From Rhodosorus marinus CCMP1338 (Eukaryota; Plantae; Rhodophyta): a DNA stretch of 64,000 nucleotides. The notes beneath the pieces were generated by a model. It made no database searches, was not told the DNA's origin, and worked only from the letters and a program-made list of their open reading frames with translations. How positions within the stretch are numbered: the first letter of the stretch is position 1; each line of letters opens with the position of its first letter. Of this stretch, positions 24,301-33,700 are shown piece by piece. The stretch lies in NCBI GenBank assembly GCA_029953675.1, contig JAMWBK010000004.1, positions 868,001 to 932,000 of the forward strand. Reading direction: 5' to 3'. The position numbers and the translations under genes are program-made.

Positions 24301-24649
24301 TCCGGTCCACGTACTGAACGTACAGGAACGGGTGCTTGTTGAACTGCGTATCGATCAGACAAGAGATCAGTCCTCTCCCTGCCAAAGAGACAATGCGGTC
24401 GGAGATATCAAGGAACGGTTTCGACTGGACAACCCCATTAATCGCTAGGTGAATTATTCCCCGCTTCTCACAGACAATCATCCGCGAGACATCGCCCGGA
24501 ATCCAATCCACATCAATAGGAGTCATAAAATCCCCATCGACAGCGACCTCGTGGACAAGATTCTCCATCTCCACCGTCACCTCGCCCCTTCCAACCCATA
24601 CCAGAACCAACAAACAAATCAACTTCAATCCCATCCTTTCCAAATCCAT
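21353..24649 (-). CDS. Secreted GSDH/PQQ-dependent sugar dehydrogenase-like beta-propeller protein with Big_5 and NPCBM-like modules (1098 aa)
   Basis: Signal peptide. Propeller motifs HNMGGL..SPSG.IFISLGD, MGGKILCI, YGLRNPFR, NFGWP, GPDGWLYY. Two SbsA/Big_5-like repeats (PTVV...P, VKFSKRI; VVFSEPMD). NPCBM-like FAKGVAV...LQAVIGVDD. Intronless. Confidence 0.85.
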   Translation of the reverse strand: MDLERMGLKLICLLVLVWVGRGEVTVEMENLVHEVAVDGDFMTPIDVDWIPGDVSRMIVCEKRGIIHLAINGVVQSKPFLDISDRIVSLAGRGLISCLIDTQFNKHPFLYVQYVDRRLNTPDDGVKSGKIVRFRVSRDLTRAFGEVVLIGKQVPPATGCGLNKSIFSKDVICLDSKHHNMGGLAMSPSGNIFISLGDAQAPPDFEDTAFRTQDLEFMGGKILCITRTGAPCRSNPFRGGGPNAAKVWNYGLRNPFRISYDRVFRTPLVPQVGYATKEAVFRGMKGLNFGWPCVEGDVDNIKVHGNKLCADIRTGKSKLGTKRALWIYARNEGTAVTGALRLDSTKWPQAIRNRVAVADFTFRWIKLINPSEAGGMKGKPQTMISDVAGVVQIKQGPDGWLYYVSLGAQKIFRVRFQIDKSRPTVVQMTPPQGAKEVEITSMLTVKFSKRINPKAVNGKNIKLRNRSRNQLVRSKLTYLPSTHSVVISPRGMLSAKADYEIVVSRNLMDTQGRKMRNPFRSRFTTGTGFSRFVSDLKWLEAVNGRKQVDVLRDRQQEVEGVARIPPISIRGEEFAKGVAVVADSLVRLALPPNCKRLQAVIGVDDVRTVFVPVEVFFEVRTWSSSKGQKRVFRNARPLTRTARGMSIDVDVRGAKVVALVTKRTERTKPALGIGSWADARFRCGAFDRSNPKIKQVLPAGRIGVKQAIEVVFSEPMDVQSTMDAAQLVQPIALGGYDIGFRASFSADQRRMFIRPSQELLADTEYKLMVRKRAEDLNGNPLTSGIVRTFRTRLEEAVGQKVGLFNLIRRTVRPLGRFNKIEEGKRINIVPVAEVDYLVPGKCAKLTMRVDAVNGARNIAVAVKGVSGRVLCNSGTVNPSAGKNMDCNVRGLDQITIRATGAGGAAQLSSATFDCAPQTTKKRQCSFGRMPSTFKIGDTINYNVKCFDYRGAPVPPQEYNLRVLLVHCATVCHEHLEQTILQKANGSYKVQDHGDFFYLEFQAGFLSDKTTFVETRQIRPQTSTVSVSTMPTGVKVSADSVSGPSPLRAIVVVGSNFTVNALRAPGNTKFKFWEDDRSAGPTRWFIFNKSEVKKLNAVYG

Positions 24650-27246
24650 TTCAGTTCCTCCTCCGTCTATTCTTCACGCCCTCCTCCTCCTCCCCCTCCG
24701 CCCCCTCCTCCCCCCGCTCCCCCCTCCTCTCCATCCCGCTCCTCCCACCCTCCCACCACTACCCCCACTCTCCTACCATGATACAACTTCCAAACTACAA
24801 TTCTATATACCCCTCCAATCCTTTCGCTCCTCGTAAACCCCGTCCTTTCACCATTACATCGTTTTTCTCTATATCCACGGAAATCAATCCAATTAATCTA
24901 TACAAATGTCAAACTCATCCAGAGGTTAGTCGCTCAAAAAAAAAGTCTCTATGAAAGAATAGTTAAAATCTAAATCACTATTTTGCGAATTGTCACGAAT
25001 CCTACAGGGGGTTATGTATGTTTTTACTGTAGTGGAACTGGAAAAATCCATAGAGGAAACCCTAGAGGAGAAAACTTGGCGTTTTTTTGTCCATTTCCAA
25101 ACCGCGATAGTTTGAAAAAATAATAAAGTAAAAAAGCTAATAAAGTAAAAAAGCGAATTGGCTAATATATTTAAAAAATGTGTCTAGAAATACTTGATAT
25201 TTTTTCGGTTGTTAGATCTGTTGAAATGAGTAAAAACTTTCCACATTCCAAGGGGTTGGGTGGTTATTCGCAGATTTTTTCAGCTAGGGGGTGGGTATCC
25301 CTGGGGGGGGGGGGCAATGCATGGATGAAAATAAAAATAAAATGACACTTTGATGACTCCTTGAAAGCCTCTTTCTGCTTTCTTCCTTGTTGTCTTAAAT
25401 TATGTGAATCATGTCATTATTGTAGTGAATCATGGGCCGAACGACGTAAATTTAACTCCTTACAATCTTAAATATCCTGATGTGTTTTGGATTTCCTAAA
25501 TTTCTTATCGTCACGTGGATGGAAGGGCAGAATCCATTGGTCGAACCGTCCGAGGAATATGGAGAGGCCCATAGAGAACACTTTTTTCTGCCACATTCTT
25601 TGTTTTGTTTTAAAACCAAGTTGGAGTAAAAGTAAAAAATCGTGACAAAGAAGAATTTGAGTGAACTTTTTAATAAACTATTCAAACTAAATTGGAGCAT
25701 TCACTATCCCCAAGTAAAAGTAAAAAATCGTGACAAAGGAGAATTTGATTGAACTTTTCAAGAGATCGTGTATGTTCTAAAATATATCGCCGATAATTGC
25801 GAATCCATGAAATTGTCATTTTTGCACGGCTTTTACAATGTGAAAACTGGAAATTTTTAGGGTCTCCATACAGAGCCCGAGGCCTTTATAATATCGTTTT
25901 TACTCTTTTTATTGACGATGGAGTCAAACTATATAGTACATATTTATGAAAAAAAAATAGATAGACGACAATTACAATAAAATGGTAACTTTACGGGTAT
26001 GAACTTTTTTTATTGTTCGTGTTCGGTTTGGAAACGACGTAAATAGGAAATTTGGGATCTAAAATATCATTGAATAACCAGTACAACGCTCGATTTTTTT
26101 CTTATACGCCGATATCATGACGAATTCATTCAATCATTGAGTTCGCCTTTGCTGGAGTTGGCTTACCCAACTGTATCGAGGGCGAGGGATAAGCGCGGAT
26201 GGACGAGGAGGTTTAGAAATTGTCGAGAGTAGGGAGGTTGCCTCATCAGGCGACAACTAATGTACTCCACGTGTGCGCATCTGTTTACAAAGCAAGATGT
26301 TGTCTGTACTTTTTCATTGGCTGCGCAACCATCCGTTAGGTGCACGAGGGTAAAGCTTACGGTTACTGGGGTTACTGGGGGGTTTTGGACGGCTTTGTTT
26401 GTGGAAAACGACGGAAAAAGCTGATAAAAAGTTACAAGTATGATTGTGAAGGAGGTACGCGGGCCGTACCCCGAGCCTCTTGTGATCGCGGGCCCACACA
26501 CCTCGGGTACCCGCGAAATGGAGAGGGCGAAAGAGCTGCTACAAGAGCAGCAGCAGCAGCAGCAGCAACAGCACCAGCATAGGGGAGCAGAACAGGAGGC
26601 AGAGAGGAATGCAGAACAGGGTGCAGCGGAGCAGGCCACAGCAGACCCAGCTGTCGCCTTTCTCCACCAGCTGCAGAGCTACGACCACTGCTATACCGCC
26701 CTGGGAATCGGCCAGTCGGACATCGCCGACTTCTACCAGGCCGCCTTCAACCTCTATTCCCGCATCAACTGCTCAAAAGAACTTCAATCAGTGACAGGAC
26801 GTCTGAATGAGCTCGCCAAAAAACCGCATATGTGGCAAGACGGACGAGCCACTACGACCCCGCCTCAACCCCCGCAGCAGCACCCGCGAACGGCGGCGGT
26901 CAATCAACATGCGGCAGAACCCATCATCAATCAACTTGCGGAGGGGACAGGTGTCCTTGCCTCACTGGACTATGCCACGGCCTTCCCTGTTGCCGGTACC
27001 AGCAGCACACGGCCAACGTACGCTCAAAGGACTGCCCAAAGTACTCCAGCTCGAGAATCAGAGGCTCAACTCCGACCAGCCGGGCGCCCGGGCCCACAGA
27101 GCCAGCAGGCAGCGCTCCGACAGTTGCACGCCGCTGTGGGAGGGTCCTCCTGGGGACCTGAGACCAAGCCGGTACTGGCGACCCTGAGGAATGTAAGATC
27201 GCCACGGATTGACGAGGTAGCCCCATCGGATTTCACCACGCTCCTT

Positions 27247-27884
27247 TTGCCCTGAGGAAGACGTGCCACGATCGACATGAGGCCCTCGTCGGCCGCTTTT
27301 CTTGAATCCCACCGCCGGTTTAGTGTTTCGGTATTCAGAGCGAGCAAAGATTGCAGTGCGTGTGCAATCTCGTCTGGTAAGTCACCTTCCGCCGGGTTGG
27401 GAAAGAGCGCTTGTAGTTGTCTCCACGTAGCCGCGGTAAAAGGTGCCATTTCGGTGGCCTGTAGGCTCCGAGCTGCATCTGAAAGGCGGCCAAGGTGTGC
27501 TAGTTTCAGCGCTCATCTTCACGCCTTGCGTAGCGCTTCAGGCTATGCTAGTAAAGTCCAGTTTCAGCGCTCGCTTGTGGCGCTCGAGATGTTTGCGTCG
27601 AACCGCTTCCACAAGCGAGCGCTGAAACTAGCACACCTTGGCCGCCTTTCAGATGCAGCTCGGAGCCTACAGGCCACCGAAATGGCACCTTTTACCGCGG
27701 CTACGTGGAGACAACTACAAGCGCTCTTTCCCAACCCGGCGGAAGGTGACTTACCAGACGAGATTGCACACGCACTGCAATCTTTGCTCGCTCTGAATAC
27801 CGAAACACTAAACCGGCGGTGGGATTCAAGAAAAGAGGCCGACGAGGGCCTCATGTCGATCGTGGCACGTCTTCCTCAGGGCAA
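27247..27884. repeat. Fold-back inverted duplication (276-bp arms, 28-nt loop) inside the family C element
   Basis: 27247-27580 is the reverse complement of 27609-27884 apart from one substitution and a 58-nt addition (micro-insertion plus TSD) in the left arm. Confidence 0.92.
27515..27559 (+). mobile_element. 45-nt family B terminal micro-insertion with 13-bp TSD
   Basis: ATCTTCACGCCTTGCGTAGCGCTTCAGGCTATGCTAGTAAAGTCC, flanked by AGTTTCAGCGCTC at 27502-27514 and 27560-27572. Confidence 0.92.
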
Positions 27885-30798
27885 GAGCCCAGGTCCTAGC
27901 GGTCTCCGAGCGGAACACCTCCAAGGTGCAACTCAACAGACGCAAGTGGCGTTGATTCGTGTATTGCGACAACTGGCGACCGCTCCTGAGAAATTTTCCC
28001 CGGCTCTGACCCGCGCCCTTCGCAGTAGTCGACTCCTGCCGTTCACGAAGCCTAACAAGGGTTCAGTGCCGCAGGAGCATCCCGGAGTTCGCCCTATCGG
28101 AGTACCAGAAGTTTTGCGCAAGGTAGCAACGCAATGGACTCTTCACGCGGTTATGGACAGGGTGCGTGAGCTCCTGGTGCCCTTACAACTGGGTATCGGA
28201 GTAAGTGGCGGGTGCGAACGCTCACTTCACGCGATCCAGGCCCATTTGTCATGCGAACCCGATTCGGTGGTCCTTCGCCTAGACCTTGAGAATGCCTTTA
28301 ATCGCATCGAGCGACGCCTTGCCAAGCAACTGGTGGACGAAAACTTGCCGGAGCTTGCACCAGTGTATAGACTTGGCTATGGAAGCGACAACGCGGACTC
28401 ACCGACGCTCTGTGGCTGGCGATCTTCCCCTGGACAGAACGAAACCGACACCTCTCGCCTGACTCTCCAAGCAACTACAGGAGTCCAACAGGGAGATCCA
28501 CTGGGGCCGGTGCTACATGCACTATCCCTGGCGCCCTTTCTAAGAGCGTTGCGAGCTAAGTTCCCCAACGAAACGATTGTTGCTATCCACGACGATATCA
28601 CGATTGTCGGGTCGCTACAAGCCGTGAAGGCGTCCCTGGCATGGGCAAAAACTGTGCTCCCCTCTCTTGGAGCACGCCTGCAACTCGGCAAGTGCACTGT
28701 GTACGGGGCGAACACTGACTACCACGCGAGTGGTCAACCATGAGATTCCTGGAGTGCAAGTGACCAGAGACGGAGTCACCATCCACTCGATACCGATAGG
28801 CAGCCGAGAATATATCGAACAGGAGTGCCGGGGGCTGCAAAATAAGCATGAGAAACTCTTTGAGGAAATTGCCAAGCTCCCACAACCGGAGCTTACGACG
28901 CAAATTGCCCTCTTCAGGTTCTGTGCAGAAACGCGACTAGACTATGTGCTACGATGCCTCGCATACGAGTTTGGAAGAAATCTGGCACGCGAGGCCGACG
29001 TGATGACCAGATATCACCTGGAAATTCTATTCGGAGGCCTCGCTACGACAGCTGTAGAGGACGATGAGTACGCAGAGCTGATCTCGGACCAAATCGCTCT
29101 GCCCTGCCGCTGGGGAGGTTTGGGTTTCGCTACTCGAAGCGCGTCCAACCCATCGCGTTTTACTCGTCATGGAGAAACACCTTCCGGAACAATGAAGATG
29201 AATGGCCATACCTGACTGAACTAGAGCGGGAGGTTACGGCAGAACGCTCACCAGACACATACGAGCCGATGGATCAAAGATGGTCGACTGCACAGCTGGC
29301 GGACCAGATCTGTGCATCGTCGCGAGCAATACAACGGAGGCTCGGACCAGAAACCCCGCCGCGGATCTTGGCACTGACAACCCTGCAACAACCGCGAGAA
29401 ACATCTCTTCGAAGCGCCCCGGGCGAGACTGCAGCTTGGAATAATGGTTCAATACAACAAACCCTCTCTCGAGAGGCACACCATTGTGCATTCCAAATGC
29501 TGGTCACCAACCCACGAATCTCCCCTGAAAACCGAGCTCGAATACGGTCTGCCGCGGGATCCGGGTCGGGAGTCTGGCTACGTGAAATACCAACGCTGAC
29601 ACCGAAAAATTTGAGTGCGGTTGAGATGCAGGTAAACGTTCGACAACTGCTGGGTCTGCCAATTCCGGGATTGCGGACCACCGAGAAGTGCACTAGTTGC
29701 CGGAGTAAACACGGAAGGACTGGGGTACAACGGTTTCATCACTGGCCAACATCAACTGGACTGTGGCAACGTAGGCATGACGAAATCTGCAGAGAGCTGG
29801 CACGGTGGCTAAGGCGATGGAACTTCATGGACGTAGAGCAAGAACCTGAGGGGTACTTCGAGAACTACGGACTGCGACCTAATATCGTTGCTAGGCATCC
29901 GAGGACCAAACAAAGGTATGCGCTGGATGTGACGGTGGTGTCACCATTACAGGGAAAATATTTGCGGAGGAGCCAAGATGATAGCGGATACGCGGCGAGA
30001 GCTGCGGAGAAGTGGAAAATCGCTCACTACAAAGAAGCGATGGTGATCGAGAAACCGGATGATAAGTTCATCCCGATAGCGATAGAGACGTTTGGGCGTA
30101 CGGGGCAAATGGCACAAGAGTTCCTCCGCGACAGCCGCAAACACCTACTGCACAGGAGTGAGGAGCTGAGAGAAGTGAGATCCCAGATAAACCGGCAACT
30201 ATGGCGAGGTAACGCAGAGATAGCATTAGGCGCTTTGCGCGTGGACCAGCTGGAGAATCCGCTGGTGCCTGTTTTTTCTTTTGAACGTAGCATGAGACCC
30301 CGGTAGCGGGGTTCCAGTAAGTTTCTCCCTAGATAGGATTAGACGTAGTGTTGCGCTGCAGTAGGCAGCTGCCCAGTAAAGCTTACGGTTACGGTCCGAA
30401 GATTTTGATGTAAGCGACTTCAACGTCGATGGAAGTTGCAATGGGAAGCGGTGCTACGCTAGTACGCCGAGGAGCTTCTGTTGTCCATCTGTTCAAGATT
30501 CAGTCCAACTCGAATTGCCCCTTCCACCATGGAAGTCATCTGACGGCTTTTCCACTTGCGACTAAATTCCAACATACACGAGGCCATCCTGGCCTTTCTT
30601 CCCCTCAAAAATGAACCACTCCAAGAGTGGCAGTCAAACTGCCGCACCAGGGACTTCACGTATGACCAGTCAGAATTTATTTATTGTGAGTACCGGAAAT
30701 CTTGGTGTCAACCACAGGCTGCATCGCTAAAGATAGCAAGGAGCCCAGACAACAGAGTATTGAACTCGACTCTATACCTTAAAAATGCTCTGTGTAGG

Positions 30799-33700
30799 CT
30801 ATTTGTACCTGGCAACGAAGGAAGTCTCACTATCTTCGGTAAACTTCAGCATCCGGAACGCAGGCTCGGATGAATCATCAAGCCACTTGCGGAATTTTAG
30901 CTCAGTTCCACCAAACGACAATTCCTCCGGGCCACCGAATCCGAGCGTTGTACCAATGACCACGCGTTCCGTGAACGGAGTTGAACGGCCAACCTTCCCG
31001 CCGAAGGACACTGGAAGGCCTGAAGGCTCAGTGTCCACGTCAACCTCAACAGTCTTCGGCTCCACGACTACGGTTGAAGATGCAGAAACGCCGTTGTCTC
31101 GCACGCGACATTCAATCTCGATGCGGCTGAAGTCTTGATAGTTGTCAACGACCCAACTGCCCTCCAGCGTGTTCGCGATTGTTGCCTCCGCTCGGTTGGT
31201 ACAGTCGCCGTGAGTGCAGTGGAGGCGATTGATGAACCACGTAACGCTGGTTTCCGGCAGTTCTTTGCCAGCACTGCCGTAGGCAACTCCGCTAAACTTC
31301 AGCTCCTTGCCAACCGTGAACGTGCTCGGGAACCTGGTAAGAACGCAACCTGGCTCGCCAAAGTTGGGTGTACACTCGAATACTGGGTCGCCAAGGATAG
31401 CCACCTCGTCACCAACGCTGGAATTCGCGGCTCCCGCGCGAAGAACAACCTCATTCTTGTCCGTGATGTCGCATAGAATCACCTTTGATCCGTCCGTTTT
31501 GTTCAATGTCAAGCTGCATTGCTTTCCACTTAGCGTTTCTCCATCACCTTCAACTCTGAACCTAATATTTCCGTTTCCGGCCGATTCGGCTCCCACGCCA
31601 ACCTGCATTGACACGGCTGAGCATTTCCCATCAACCTGGTAGTGCAGATTTCTCTGCACCCGGTTGATCTTCAGGCACGTTTTCATTTCTACGGAGGAGA
31701 AGAAAAGTTGCAGTTTCTTTCCATCCGGAGTTCTGTCCTCCTTCCATTTGCCGTCCTCGCTCGAAAGCTTCAGATCGAAGAGGGACACTTCCTTGCCCTT
31801 GCATATCAGCGATTCAACCTCAAATACGCAAGTGGCGCCCGACGACTTGCTAACAAACCGCAAGCTGTCCTCGCCCTTCAAATTGATCTTCTTCCTCTTC
31901 GCGAGGTCAGAGTCATTGAACGAACCCCTGGCTGCAATCCCGGAAGTCTTGATTTGGAGATCGCACTCCCGGCCATCGGCATGCGCGGCACTTTTGCCGA
32001 ATGATACAATGGCTGAGGAACAGGACTCCAGCTTGAACTTGAGTTTCGTGTCTCCCTTGACGCCAATACCGTTTCCGTTTTTGTCATAAGTCACGGCCTT
32101 GTCCAGCACTGTGCAGTCGGAGGATACCTCGTGATTACCCTTTCCGCTGACGTCGACCGGGTCCAAAGCGGTCACATCCACTGTTGATCCAAAAGGAGCG
32201 GGTGTCGCAATCGAAAATTTCCTCACTCGCGCTACGTCAAGGTGATTTCCGTACACATCTCGAACGCCCAGGTTCAGGAAAAGCTCGTAGTTGTTATCAG
32301 GCAGCAACGGAGGGTTGACTGTGACATTGAGCACCGTCGAATCGTGGTTGAACGTCTTGGTTGCGGTCACGTTTGCTGACTGTGTTTGAATGAAAATAGC
32401 ATCGAAGGCATGCTTATGGTTCATCTGCTTGTCGAACGTGATCGTGAAAGTCGGATCCTCGTACGGCAACTCCTGCGTTGTCGGCAGTATCGATACAACT
32501 TTTACAGGGTTTGTGTCGTATCCGTTGCAAAACAGTTGAGGGCTGCCCCACGAGCCCACGGTAGTTTCGGAGAGACCAGCGCTTGGCGGGACGCATTGCA
32601 GATCCAACTTTTGTCCGTTAACGTCTTCAACCACTCCTACCTCGCCGTTGTATCTCAGCAACGTGTCCTGCGTCTGATAAATGACGGTGGGTTCTCCATT
32701 TTTCGTGACTGTCACGGAACAATTCATTGCTCCCGTCATTGGGAACCCGGCGACATCGTCAACACCGACTGAAGTCCGAAAGTGGTTACACGTGTCCGGG
32801 ATATTTACTCTGACTCTAGAGGGAACGGATGGGAAGCCAATTCCCTTTCCGTACTTGATGCCTCGGATGGAAATCTCCGCCCCACCGATCTGCTCGTCCA
32901 GGGTCAAACCCTCCGGCGAAGATTTTGTGATCTTCATATCAGAGATCTGTATGTTGTAAGATGCGTTCGTCTTGAAAGTTGAGGTAAACTTTGACGTCAT
33001 CTCAACACCGTTTATGGACGAGGCTTTCGTCACTGTGACTTTGTACTCCGTGTTCTCCTTCAGCGCTGATGTAGGCGCCACCTTCGCCGTCAGTTGCTCG
33101 TAGCGAAAGCTGATCTTTACAGGCACAGTCGTCCCGCTGGCTTTCTCGGTGAGCTCAATTGCGGCGTCCAGAGTATCCGAATCCATAGGCAAGCTGAACC
33201 TCACATCCACGGTCTGGTTTACAGGCACCCCCGCGCTTCCGTCATAGGGAACGAATTCAGCCACTGTAGGCGGACTCTTGTCCTCCACGTACTCAATGCG
33301 GTAAAGCGTATTCAGCTTATATGAAGTAAGGTAGACATATCCATCCGGATGCGGTTGCATGTTTACGATCGACCCAACCCCATTGGCAAACTCAATGGGC
33401 CCCTCCACCATCTCAAACTTCGAGTTCACTTTCAGCCTGTAGATCCAGTCGTTGTCGTAGTCAACCACGAATAACCAGTTGCTGTATTCTGACGGCCAAT
33501 CAGGGTTGGTATTCTGCATCACATCCACAATACAGGTTCCCGCGGGTTCCCCGAAGAAATGTGCATAATCCCAGATCGAGTTGAATCCAGCTTGGATCTT
33601 GCCGTCCTGGATATCTCGGCAGGCCGTGTAGTTCATCATGGGCAAGTCGTAGATGGGTCCTTGGGTACAGGGCCATCCAAAGTTCTTTCCCTTTTCCAGT

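Larger units (their letters stand above)
26367..30375 (+). mobile_element. Family C RT/RLE non-LTR retrotransposon, apparently full length, inactivated, with 17-bp TSD
   Basis: GTAAAGCTTACGGTTAC at 26350-26366 and 30376-30392. N-terminal ORF from 26440 with polyQ. RT motifs PGPSGLR, VRPIG, QLGIG..GGCE, DLENAFN, GVQQGDPLGP, IHDD. RLE region CTSC, RRHDEI, RPNIV...LDVTVVSP, IETFG. Several frameshifts. Confidence 0.9.

Noticed and set aside
25625-25760. ~48-bp AT-rich repeat (period 88) and 17-bp duplication at about 25120
   Set aside because: Two copies each in AT-rich intergenic DNA, with no further structure.
26440-27255. PolyQ ORF as a host transcription factor
   Set aside because: It lies inside the TSD-bounded family C element, upstream of and co-oriented with the RT.
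27247-27884. Fold-back as a long-read chimera artefact
   Set aside because: The arms differ by a substitution and only one carries a TSD-flanked insertion.
26300-30450. Conserved multicopy target (spliced-leader, rDNA or snRNA gene) for the RLE elements
   Set aside because: Reconstructed empty sites differ from one another and resemble no structural RNA I can recognise.
18921-33324. Numerous antisense or alternate-frame ORFs overlapping the astacin and GSDH-like genes
   Set aside because: Shadow ORFs of long coding regions, with no motifs of their own.
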